NCBI RefSeq assembly: GCF_001194135.2
Contig: NC_068981.1
Coordinates: forward strand, 154,253,735-154,317,734
Origin: Octopus bimaculoides
Taxonomy: Eukaryota
DNA: 64,000 nt
Direction: 5' to 3'
The notes below the pieces were generated by a model. The model saw nothing but the letters and a program-made list of their open reading frames with translations, was not told the DNA's origin and ran no database searches. Made by a program: the position numbers and the translations under genes. How positions within the stretch are numbered: position 1 is the first letter of the stretch; each line of letters starts with the position of its first letter. Shown one piece after another: positions 1-11,400 of the stretch.

Positions 1-398
1 TAAGGTTGGGGTAAGAGTTTAGGTTTAGATTTACACAGAGAGGGAAAATAATTAAAAAGATGATTGAACTTCTGAATTTTTTTTTCCACACAATCATAAT
101 CTTCAGTGTTTAAAGCAGAAGATTTTTTAAAAAATTTCCTAAATAAATGCAAAAGGTACAAAGAAGGGAAATGCTTATTTCACAATTCAAATATATATTT
201 TATATCAATATATATTTCATTTATCATTTAATATATACAGTATTTAAATTCAAGCCATTAGTTTCATACTGTGAAAATACAATAAACTGACAAGCTTATA
301 AAGCATTTCCTAGCAATCTTTCAAACCTTGTATTTCCAAATAGTCTTTCAGATTCAAATATACAATNNNNNNNNNNATGGCTGGTCATTTTTGATAAA

Positions 399-467
399 AA
401 TGAGAAAGGGTGCTATTCTTTAATGAGAAAGGGTGCTATTCTTTAATGAGAAAGGGTGCTATTCTTT
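399..467. repeat. 23-bp tandem repeat x3 (AATGAGAAAGGGTGCTATTCTTT)
   Basis: Three identical consecutive units read directly, 22 bp after an N gap. Confidence 0.9.
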
Positions 468-1081
468 GAAAAACACTCCTTTGCTTAATAGCAAGTGTTG
501 AGGGATAAATAGGGGAGAGTAGATGACAACTGTAGAAATTAGGTAGGGTTGTGATGGGTGGATAAGTGTGGGAGAGTGTCCAATGATACATATGAATTGG
601 TGAGAGGTGGGGGGAGAGTAGGAAATGACTGGCAGTATACAAAAAGGGAAGGGTGAAGAGCAGCAGAATAGTAATAATGTTACTGCTGAAGGGGATGAGA
701 GAAAGAGAAGGAGATGATGTGTGGTTGTGAGTGATCAATGTAAAAAGTGAGTGGTGAGGACAGTATTTAAGAATGAAGGATTTTGAATTGTTTCTTTGTT
801 TGAAGAAAAGTAATACATCTTGTTGGTGATTTTCTTCCCATCACAATGTCTCATGGTTTAAAGTTAAAAAAAAAAAAATACTTGGTTTTATTACTTCATG
901 AAAAAACACAAATTTTTTTCAGATTAGAGATAAAAATGATTGCGCTAGATACAATCATGAATAATTTTCAGCTCTTCAAATTTTAGCAAAAATATCAAAT
1001 GCAGCTGGAATTACTTCCTTTTTCAATGTCAATAAGTGTCACTGCGTTTACTCAATGTCAAAAATGAAAAGAAAAAAAAAA

Positions 1082-1554
1082 NNNNNNNNNNNNNNNNNNN
1101 NNNNNNNNNNNNNNNNNNNNNNNNNNNNNNNNNNNNNNNNNNNNNNNNNNNNNNNNNNNNNNNNNNNNNNNNNNNNNNNNNNNNNNNNNNNNNNNNNNNN
1201 NNNNNNNNNNNNNNNNNNNNNNNNNNNNNNNNNNNNNNNNNNNNNNNNNNNNNNNNNNNNNNNNNNNNNNNNNNNNNNNNNNNNNNNNNNNNNNNNNNNN
1301 NNNNNNNNNNNNNNNNNNNNNNNNNNNNNNNNNNNNNNNNNNNNNNNNNNNNNNNNNNNNNNNNNNNNNNNNNNNNNNNNNNNNNNNNNNNNNNNNNNNN
1401 NNNNNNNNNNNNNNNNNNNNNNNNNNNNNNNNNNNNNNNNNNNNNNNNNNNNNNNNNNNNNNNNNNNNNNNNNNNNNNNNNNNNNNNNNNNNNNNNNNNN
1501 NNNNNNNNNNNNNNNNNNNNNNNNNNNNNNNNNNNNNNNNNNNNNNNNNNNNNN
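1082..1554. other. Assembly gap (N run); smaller gaps at 367-376, 4396-4405, 6876-6885, 14525-14575, 47065-47074
   Basis: Runs of N in the sequence. Confidence 1.
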
Positions 1555-1804
1555 TAAGAGTGTCCTTTTTGTTTAATCCTATAAAACAGCTCTTATCTAG
1601 TGGAGATGACTTAATGGCAGGTGTTTCTGTACAACTTTGGCTATCATATTTACTGGCAAACATGGCAGAATTTTGTGTTTGTTCAATTCTGGTGATTTAC
1701 TTTGTTGCTACTCATGATTTCTTATCTTTCAGTGACAACTTGAAGATCACAATATGTATTTAACACCTTTTATCTTGTCTGTCAAAGAAAAGGTATGTGT
1801 GTCT

Positions 1805-1832
1805 ATACACACACACACATACATGCATATTC

Positions 1833-1878
<46 letters not shown>

Positions 1879-1900
1879 GGAGGGAGGGAGAGAGAAATAG
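1805..1900. repeat. Compound microsatellite (CA)n-(TA)n-(GA)n; similar tracts at about 14466-14717, 15357-15405, 26365-26460, 30970-31060, 36579-36615, 50880-50938, 54695-54748, 61608-61660
   Basis: Di- and trinucleotide runs read directly. Confidence 0.95.
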
Positions 1901-4165
1901 ACATACAGACTGACAGATAGACACATGTTGATTTTGTTATGTATTCACATTATTTGTAACAGAACTGCCATTGATATTGGTTTACTGGAAGGATTCTTGG
2001 AATGTAAAGTAAATCATACTTTGTCTAGGAAGTATATATTGAATTCTATTGAGTGTTGTTTGGAGAGGATATTGACCATGCTATTTACAAGGAGCTGTGA
2101 GGTAGGGCTGTCATTATTAAAAAGTACAGCATCATAGAAAACAATTCTGTATTTTAAGTGGTAGGTATTGTTAGTTAGTATTATAAGTAGGTATTATAAG
2201 TGGTCGGATATATTCCTGTGTTTATGTTTGTTTTAATGAGTTGTCTGATACTCATATCAATGAAAATAGCATTTGACATTTAGTGAATTATGTGGTAATA
2301 TTTTTACTTATATTTTCAGGGGGCCCAATGTAGCTTTCCAAAACATTCAGTCTCTCTACTCCAATTTTATAAGTACAGTTTTTCTGGTTAATTTACTTCC
2401 TCTGATTTACTTCCTATTTTTCTCTCTTGATACACTTGATACTAAGTTGTTAGTAATAGGGATCACACGGGTGCTAAATTATTGTTTTATTGCAGCACAG
2501 TTGCAAGGTTCAGGTATTGGATTTCTTACTTAGAAATTATGATTTCAAACCTTACCATGGCTATATTATTTACTCTTTGTGAGGACTTGCATGGAAAAAT
2601 AAATGTAGAGTACATGCATGGATCAAGCTAGTTGAGTGCATATAGTTTTGGATGACTAACTCATAAACCTTGAGTTTTATATATTTCAATTTATTTAAGT
2701 ATAAATATTAGATTATCTGGGAATGTTTTCTGAGAAACACTGATGTTTTGTCTCATACTCTCTTAATGTCAAAAAGTGCAGTGTAGTTGTGTGCTTGATA
2801 TTCAGAACTACACATAAAGTTATGAGATTTAAAGAAAGAAATCAAGAAGTGGTGAGATGAATGAAGCAAAGTGAAAGTTTGCAAATTCAGAAGAACTATG
2901 AATTTGAGCCGCAATTGAAGCCAAGGCATAGTTGAAGTTGCCTAAAGAATTGAACATTTCAATAAAAAAAATGGTAAAGTTGATTTCTGGGTAATATTCT
3001 ATTATTGTTTAGTCTCAGGTCAACTATGATCAATAACATTCAGCTGTGACCATTCCATCTTTTATTCAGATACAGCGTGTCGAAGACCACTGTATCTTTA
3101 TTACCTGGGACCAATGTATCCATATTTCTTTTAACATGGCAGGAAAATCTAGTTGGTATTTCTAGCCAGTTGTGGGATGATGGAAAGCTTCTTCATAGAA
3201 TTCATCCAGGTGATGATGTTAGGGGAGATAGAGAGTCCTGCATTTCTTGAGTTGCCTCTATTTTGGGAGTTGTTCATAGGAAGTAGGTTTATGATGCTGG
3301 CTGTTCTCTTGAAAAAAATGTTCTGTTATTAATATCGAGCTCTAAAAGCTTCATTGGACTATATGAAAGCTGATATTGATAAAATATGTAAATCTGGCAG
3401 AAACTACTTATTTCTGTAGAGTACAAGATGTCACATTTAACAGAGGCAAAGCAGTGAGAGTTGTGATCATCGCTAAATAATTAGTGGTTATTGACTCAGA
3501 GAACTTATTAGTAAAAGAATTTAAAGTTTAGATATATTTTTTTCTTGTTGCATCAAAAGACTGGTTGTAAAGAGATTGTTAGGACCTTGATGTTATGGCT
3601 TCTTCACATAACTGATTTCAAGAGAAAGGAGAAATAACCCCAGTACATGATGAGTACTTTATTGACCTTGAAAGGATAAAATGCAAAGTTGGCTTCAGGG
3701 GAATTTGAGCTCAAAATCTAAAGGTTTGAAATAAATATAAGGCATTCTTTTTTTTTTATACTCTTAATGATTCTACCAGTTGCTGCTTTTTAAAATTTAT
3801 TACTTTTTACTATAATAATTCATTGGAAGGATGTTTGATCAGCTGGTTTGCATGCTGCCAGTTGCTGATGGCTTTACTAATATATCATGAATGTGGGGCA
3901 TTTTCAAATTTACTGACATGAATATAAAAACTAGGTTAACAATATGGTAAAATGGGGTGCATCATTAGGTAAGGTGTTTTGTTTGTCTACTTCAGTGCCT
4001 GAGGAGATGTTTCAAAAGATAAACTAAACGAAAATATCTAAGATGTGTTCAACATCTATATCCAATACACCGATACACAGTGTTGCTCAAAAGAAAATGC
4101 AAGGAACAGTTATTTTTAAATTGTATCATAGAATTTTATTAGTTGTTTGGAGATATATATCCAAT

Positions 4166-4717
4166 TCTTATGTTCTGAGTTCAAATTCCAACTTCGCCTT
4201 TCATCTTTTCAGGGTCGATAAATTAAGTACCAGTTGCGTACTTGGGTCGATCTAATCGACTGGCCACCTTCCCCAAAATTTCGGGCCTTGTGCCTAGAGT
4301 AGAAAAGAATATCCGTTCGGGATCGATAAATTGAGTATCAGCTGCGTATTGGGATCGATCTAATCGACTGGCGCCTTCCCCCAGATTTCGGGCCTNNNNN
4401 NNNNNGATCGATAAATTAAGTACCAGTTGCGTACTGGGGTCGACTGGCCCCCTCCCCCCAAATTTCGGGCCTTGTGCCTAGAGTAGAAAAGAATATCCGA
4501 AGGTGGCGAACTGGCAGAAACGTTAGCACGCCGGGCGAAATGCTTAACGGTATTTCATCTGTCTTTATGTTCTGAGTTCAAATTCCGTCGAGGTCGACTT
4601 TGCCTTTCATCCTTTTAGGGTCGATAAATTAAGTACCAGTTGCGTACTGGAGTCGATCTAATCGACTGGCCTCCTTACCCCCCAAATTTCGGGCTTTGTG
4701 CCTAGAGTAGAAAAGAA
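4166..4717 (+). mobile_element. Tandem array of about 4 partial/full copies of a tRNA-headed SINE (called family A here)
   Basis: Repeated unit ...GTTCTGAGTTCAAATT...GGTCGATAAATTAAGTACCAGTTGCGTACT...ATTTCGGGCCTTGTGCCTAGAGTAGAAAAGAAT. Full head AAGGTGGCGAACTGGCAGAAACGTTAGC at about 4500. The same unit is dispersed elsewhere in the window. Confidence 0.85.
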
Positions 4718-5079
4718 AATATAGCTAATTCTGAAATAGTTAAAAATTTCTTTTCGAATTAAATCATAGGAGTAAATAAGCATGGAAAATGATTACATTT
4801 ATACTCTTCTTTTCATTGTATATTATTATTATATGGGTAGAATAAAATAATAGTGAGAATATTATAATTGCAAAATCAAGTAACGATAAGTTTTTTATGA
4901 ATATAAAACAAATTTTAAAATGATTGTAAAATATCTCTGCATTGGCAAGTTTTATTTAATTTTACTTTACTCATCTTAACTCATAAATATTCTGGAAAGC
5001 AGGGAAGTTATGTAGCCAGAAACACGTCCCTTTGACTATGTAACTATGTAAACTATCAATATTGTCCCCTTTCCAGGTT

Positions 5080-5440
5080 TTTTTTTTTAACGAAATGTCA
5101 TCCACTTAAATCTCATCGTTCTTGTTTAATAAACGATGCACGAAAAGAAAACCCGTTAATAGATCACTCTATAAATTGTGTAGATGTTTTCTCGGTTATT
5201 CGTGTTTTAATTTTAATTGTTTCGTTAATATTTATCAACGTTATCAGTTGATTAGAAGTTATTCCCCCACCCAGGTTTCGGTTTCGTAAATATTTACACT
5301 TTTTTTTTATTGCTTATTCTATATTTTCCATTACCCACTCGTAAAACGTTCTCAGGTGTACATGATTAGATGTATGAAGTTTTATCAAGTAGTTCACATT
5401 ACCTTTTCTCGGTGCTTGTATAATTCGTATCTCAAGTGAG
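5080..5440 (+). promoter_or_regulatory. Candidate promoter/first non-coding exon in a CpG-retaining region
   Basis: Unique sequence with many CpGs in an otherwise CpG-depleted window. Initiator-like TCAGTT at 5244-5249 and consensus donor CAA|GTGAGT with GT at 5436. Inference only, no transcript data. Confidence 0.4.
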
Positions 5441-5989
5441 TAATTAATTATATTTTTCGTAATATCAATTAATATTGTTTTTATCGAATTAGTCAATGTC
5501 TTATTTTTTTCTTGCTATTTTGTAAATATTTCAAGCTAAATGTTGAGACCTTACTTAGAAAAGCAATTATTATTTCATGAACACGTTTTCTCCTAAGTTT
5601 TAAAATTCAACTTGATTCGTTGCATGATTAAATATATCTACTTTGGATAAGATAAGTGAAAAATCGTTCGATCGTAACTGTAAACTTGTATATTTAATCT
5701 ATTCACCTTATTAAAATATCTATTTATCTATTTTGTTATTACTTAATTGCTCATACATATTTATTTTATAAGCCAAACACACACACAAGGAATTCTCTCT
5801 ATCTCCCCTTCTTTTTCTAAATATCCGCGCGCGCACACACTAACTCCTTTTTCCTGCTTGTCTGAACGTCTCATATAGTAGCTCCAGGCAAAACTAGATT
5901 TGACCCTGACTTATTTTTTTATGTTAATTTTAATTCCCATACTAACACTCCGTGTTTTTTGTGTTTTAAATCTCAGCAATATACTATTT

Positions 5990-6180
5990 CTTTCCTTTTC
6001 TCTGTCCTGAGATCAGAGGTATTCCAGCTGTGACTATCCTGCCTTTTTAGAGAGATATAGGATTACATTATCTACATAATGACTTTTTTTGGTTTAAAAG
6101 AGAAGGATGTGGTTTAAAGGGAAATTTGGCTGTTATTTGTAGTTTGGTGAACGACCATGTAGAGGTTCCCTAGTTTGTTC
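5990..6180 (+). mobile_element. SINE-like repeat (family B here); other copies at about 45740-45920 (+), 46210-46430 (+), 47975-48095 (+), 44340-44445 (-)
   Basis: Recurring motif ...GGGAGATTTGGCTGCTATTTCTAGC...CGACCATGTAGAGG preceded by ATTCCAGCTGTGACTATC. Confidence 0.65.
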
Positions 6181-6477
6181 GTTAGCCATTTTTGTTTTTT
6201 TTATAAAAAGGTGCAAGCAGCTGATGGTTGAATCAACAGGTCGGACTTTCAGCGGTAGCAGAGGCAATGATTCGTATCTCGTTACCAGTACTAAACTCTT
6301 ACCGTGGAAAAGGCGCAGCCCATCTTGTTGGATGTAGACGCAGATCCACGATGTATGCAGTTTAATTGTCAATAAAAGAATTCTTTCTATGAATTTTACT
6401 TCAAAATATTCTGAAACTGGCAAAATCACCAAAATTCAATATCATATTAACTGTCAATAATTATATTATATATTTTT

Positions 6478-7421
6478 TTACTTGTATCGGTCATTAGACT
6501 GCGACCATGCTGGGGCACCGCCTTGGAGAATTTTTTAAGCGAATGAATTGACACAAACACTTATTATTTTAAGCCTAGTACTTATTCTATCGGTCTGTTT
6601 TGCCGAACTGCTAGGTTACGGGGATGTAAACACATCAACACCGGTTGTCAAGCGGTGGGAGGGGGAAACACTGACACAAAGACACGCACACACACACACA
6701 CACACACAACAGGGTTCGGATCTTTTTTAAAACGGGGGCCACATTTTTCATTAACGAAACACTTTGAAACTTGGAACACTGGTAGAATGTGTCATATAAA
6801 ACATCTTTTTTCTCTTAGTCTTCTTAAAAAAAAAAGAAATCCGTAAGTTATTCCATGTGAAAGTTGTCGTATTTCNNNNNNNNNNTCACTGACGTCCATT
6901 CAGCCGATATACATTAAGTGCCGACTACATAAACAAACGATTCTGAAACAATTAACCCTAACCCTAACCCTAACGTTAGGGTTAGGGTTAAAGCAAATTT
7001 AAAATGAAAAAAGCAAATAAAACGAAGGTATGGAGATTAAATACGCTTTACATCGCTTAATCAAAACAACTGAATACTTGTCAGTGATTGGTTGAAATTA
7101 TCGAAATAAGACAATTTTTTACATGAAATAAATTCGAATACAAAAATATTTTTCTGTTCTATAACACAAAATAGATAAGTATACGAAGTTTGAAAGTCTT
7201 TCCGTACCAAAAACACTACGTAAAACATTAATGAAAAATGTGGCCCCCGTTTTAAAATAGATCCCAGGGTTCTTTCAGTTTCCGTCTATAAAATCCACTC
7301 ACAAAGCTTTGGCCAGCCCGAGGCTATAGTAGACGACACTTGCCCAAGATGTCACACTGTGGAACTGAACCCGGAACCATGTGGTTGAGAAGCAAGCTCC
7401 TTGGCACACAGCCACGCCTGT
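6478..7421 (-). mobile_element. tRNA-headed SINE (family D here) interrupted by a MITE
   Basis: Minus-strand head TACAGGCGTGGCTGTGTG...GGTTCCGGGTTCAGTTCC with box A/B-like motifs and an internal (GT)n. Colinear with uninterrupted copies at about 47494-47860 (+) and 52755-52970 (-). Confidence 0.8.
6718..7264. mobile_element. Non-autonomous DNA transposon (MITE), Merlin-like
   Basis: 37-bp TIRs with 1 mismatch (6718-6754 and 7228-7264) starting GGATC. Perfect 8-bp TSD CAGGGTTC at 6710-6717 and 7265-7272. GG termini with an 8-bp TSD fit Merlin; the superfamily call is an inference. Confidence 0.85.
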
Positions 7422-8261
7422 ATTATTTGAAAATAATTTACAGGAAGCTGCACAAATCCCATTGTATTCAAATTGGTTATGTTTGTATTATTTTAACAAA
7501 CATGTGAAATGATAATGTGTCTATTGCAGAGAAGTTGCAAAAACTGTATTCAATACAATGTAAGCAAATGTGGTAACATAAAAAGAAAATCTGTGTAACA
7601 TGTGGAAGTCATTGCACATTCTTAAAATTTAATAGAATTGGGGAATGAAATATTGTTAAAAATGAATAAAATAAGATAAATTTTTGGAAGATGCATCTAA
7701 AAAGAAATTGTCAAGATAAGTATTACTAATCTGTTTTCTTAGTAGAGCTGGTTTCCTTCAGTATGAGAAAAAAAATTTGTTAAAAATAGAGGAAGCAATG
7801 CCAATGGTTAAACTGTCTCAGTAACCATTCTCTGGTGGCAAGCAGCAGCTTATTTCTGTTGGTTGGATTTCTTCATGGGAAATTGTACTTGCTTAAGGAC
7901 GAGTGCACTGTTGTTATTGTAAGAGATGTCAACAGGAATACTGGATGGTGTGAAATCAAAGGACAAAGACAGCTAGAAGCAGATGTCTCTGATATGCTAG
8001 TAGAAAAGAGACAGGATGGGGCTCTTATTTATTTTGTATTGTAATTGATGAACAATAGCAGTTTTGCTCATGTAGTTTTTTGCCAATGGGGCAATTACTG
8101 GTTCACTGCATTTCAGATGGTGAGAGCAACAAAAGAGTATCTTAAACTTGGTGCAAAACAAATATTGCAAAGGGCTTGGTTCATTTTTTTGTAGATGTTT
8201 ACATCCTTCTCCAATAATTGTTTAAAATTTTGACTTTGTGTTAAAATTTTAACACAAAGTC

Positions 8262-8460
8262 AGCAAATTTAAAGGGAGAAGCCAAGTTAATTACTTTGAC
8301 CCCAGCATTTGACTGGTACTTTATTTTATTGACCCTGAAAAGATGAAAAGGGTAAGTCAACCTTGGTGAGATCCAAATTTAGAATGTAAAGAGCTTGAAG
8401 AAATGCCACTAAGCAATTTGCCTGACATGCTAACATTTCTGCCAGCTTGTCACCTTAATC
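8262..8460 (-). mobile_element. Degenerate family A SINE; further decayed copies at about 3640-3790 (-), 34505-34700 (-), 39455-39600 (+), 42541-42697 (-), 53530-53710 (-), 60985-61145 (+)
   Basis: Colinear with the family A unit, with CpG to TpG/CpA decay. Confidence 0.7.
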
Positions 8461-11400
8461 CTTCTTCATAATAATCTATGAAAGATGTACACATACATAA
8501 GTTCATATATACATATATAAACACATGCACATATGCACAAGTCTCTATACAATTTCTGTATGCTAAATTCCATTTATAAGGCATTGGTCAATCTGAGGTA
8601 TGTTAGAAGACATTTGCCTAAGCAATCAATGCTGTGTGTTGGTTAATGTAGTATTTCTCTTCATATCTCTTACAATTAAAAACATCTAGTTTTTTTTCTA
8701 ATGAAATAATATACTATTTAAGAGGGATGAAGAAACAATAAGCATGCTTTGTCTGTTTTAATAATTGGGGCTGAAATCTATATTTGTTAGAGAAGGCCTT
8801 GAGACTAGGTGGAGAATTTCTCTAAATGCTCATACATAGTTTGCAAAAGGAAGAGTATCCAGTTATAAAAACCAAGCTACAATCACATGAATTGAAAGAG
8901 AACATTACATTGGAAATGTTCCATTCTTGCTAGTTTGGAAAAATAGATGTAAAAGTTATGTAGCTCAAATCAAACATTAACAAAAGGAAGAAACTTTACT
9001 GTCAGAAAATATTAAAAAATATGTTCCATCCCAGAATATAATAATGGATCTATTTCTCAGTTTTAACTTAGATATTTGCTCACATCCATTTTAGTTTAGT
9101 GCTATAAATTCATCTTGAGAAATATTTAGTTGTAGGTTCTAATATTTTAAAAGCAAAATGTGGAATTCCCTTCAGATAGGGTGTGTTCCTTACATTGCTA
9201 ACATAGTTATGTTTAACTTACTTCAAATCTTAAATTTCCAGAATCTGTTTGCTTACAATCTTATAGTCAAACATACTATGAATACTTTATATATATCATC
9301 TCAACATTTTATAAAGTTTTATGCTAGTTAATGAACTAAGAAAGAGTTATGATTACATTTAATGACTTATTTTTATTTGTGTCTGTGTGAAGAATATTTG
9401 TTCATAGCTCATTTTTCTTCTGATTTCCCAGTTTTACATTTAATTAATGACTACTCCAGTGAATTTGCTTGCTATTTTTGTACTAGAAAGAGAAAAAAGA
9501 TGCTGTGTCTATGTGTTTATACACACACACACACAGCCTTAGCCAACCAAGTGGATTTGGTTGACAGAAGCAGAAACCCATTGTAAATGTGTGAGTGTAT
9601 GTGTATGTGTGTGCATGCATTTGTGCCTCCTTGTCTTGATACTGTGAAGGTGTTGTTCCTTTCCAATCTTCTGTAAAAACATATTTTGACTTGCTTCAAA
9701 ACAGATGAAGGTTGACAGCAGGAAGAGCAGCAAGCTGTAAAAAATCAGGTTTTTGTTGGTAATGCTGTTCTTTAAATTTACATCGTGCTATTTACATATT
9801 AGAACAGATAAAATATGATTGGATACTCAAGAATATTCTCATTCTTTGTGCATTAATTTTTTTTTATTCTGTACAAAAAAGTGACTACTGCTAGTATTTG
9901 AACTATGGTATATTACTGGCACTCATTTTATTGACACTAGAAGTATGACAGCTGAATTTGATTTCAATAAATTTTGACCATAGAAGGATGAAACTAAATA
10001 CTTTTAAAGCATTTAGTCAGTAGTGTATTGTTTCTACTCCTTGACTTGTAATAACACTTCTGGAAAACTCTGTAACTTTAATGTCATATTTAAATTTCTC
10101 AAATTCTATTCCAACCTCATTTAATCATTATGTTTATACTTGTCAAGTCTTAACTGAATGTAAAAATTCTGTATCTCTAGATATGGAAGTTTGTTGTATG
10201 AACTTGTTATTAAAAATATGGCCCTATTACACATAGTGTGCTATGTTGATTCTTATTGTGTGTTACATTTAGGGTAAAACTGTCAGTGAAATATTTAGTC
10301 ACCTATATTATAATCCAATGAGTAGACATTTCCATTGACTAACAGTTGGAATAACATTGCTGAAATTGAGTTATGCAAACCTCTGTTTTGATTAATGCTT
10401 TTAACAATTTGAAAGTTAGCCTTCCTTTTGGAAACAATAATAAAGGTTAGTGATGCAGATAAAATGTTATGCAATATTGTCAGATTTACACCAGTTTGAA
10501 AAATCAAGGGGCAAATGGTTGCTGATGTTGATATATTATTTTCCTATATATGTAACAATTTTAGAAAATGCAATTAAAATTACAAAGAAAGCAAGCAAGA
10601 ATATCATTCTCTGTTATATTCATTTGTATAAAAATTTATCCAGTGTACATACTTTAGTTAACAGACATAGTGGAGTCCTTATTAGTTGTAAAGATTTCAA
10701 AGAGTAAATGTTATGCTTTTACATTTTCTTTTACTTTGTTGAGAAATGTGTATTTCTAATTCAAACTGAACACTGGATAAAATTACCTGTTGAGTTTCTT
10801 TGCAGTTTCAGAAATACATGTTGGTAAATATTTAGTTGGTTTATCTTTGTCTTAGAATAGCATTTTTGGAATTATTGCCAACTTAGTTTGAGACTGGTGT
10901 CTGTTTGTAGAGAACTGAGTGAGGTGTTTTGAATATAAATTGTTAGTAAGAGGATAATCTAATCGTTAGTTCATAAATACAATTGCACTTAATGAATTTA
11001 ACTTAAAATAGATTAATTTAGATGTAATAGCCTTCACCTAATTATTGTGATAAATCCTTTCCAATGTATCTTTGTTTTATGAGTTTAGTAGTTATTTGCA
11101 ATCTGATATGTGGCAAATTTAGCTTGATATTTTGTAACATTCTTTAGTGTTTATATTTCTTTGGGGAAAGTTTTTGTTGTTGTTTTGTGCTAGGTTACTG
11201 ATTGCAGAAGTTTCTAATGTGAAATACTTTTTCCTTTCAAATTTTTGGCTCATCTTATGCTACACTTCTTGCTTGTTAAACCTTAAATAACTACTGCGAT
11301 ATCTTCTTGAAATGTTTCCAATTTTTTCTCAGTTTACATGTGGAATAGCTTTCAGATTGTGAGTGCTTATATCTTACCTAAGCTTTACGTAAGATATAAA

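Noticed and set aside
1-35. Degenerate TTAGGG-like sequence at the window start
   Set aside because: Too short and diverged (TAAGGTTGGGGTAAGAGTTTAGGTTTAG) to call telomeric, and truncated by the window edge.
399-467. 23-bp x3 repeat as a regulatory array
   Set aside because: Identical units next to an N gap; a simple tandem duplication or assembly artefact is more likely.
1036-1663. ORFs of 173-201 aa
   Set aside because: They consist almost entirely of translated Ns.
1732-1791. Possible 60-nt exon (TTTCAG| ... AAG|GTATGT)
   Set aside because: Splice signals only, with no recognisable coding content or link to the gene model.
2600-3560. Coding-like, possibly transposon-derived sequence
   Set aside because: No diagnostic motif could be recovered in any frame, so it was left unassigned.
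4166-4717. Repeat array resembling CRISPR
   Set aside because: Units are 90-220-bp SINE fragments without unique spacers, in a eukaryotic context with no cas genes.
6133-6432. 99-aa minus-strand ORF with QQDG (Tc1/mariner-like)
   Set aside because: A four-residue match only, with no other DDE motifs or TIRs; the ORF runs into a SINE.
6959-6990. Chromosome end-to-end fusion scar
   Set aside because: The orientation is CCCTAA then TTAGGG, opposite to a fusion, and it lies inside a TIR/TSD-bounded MITE.
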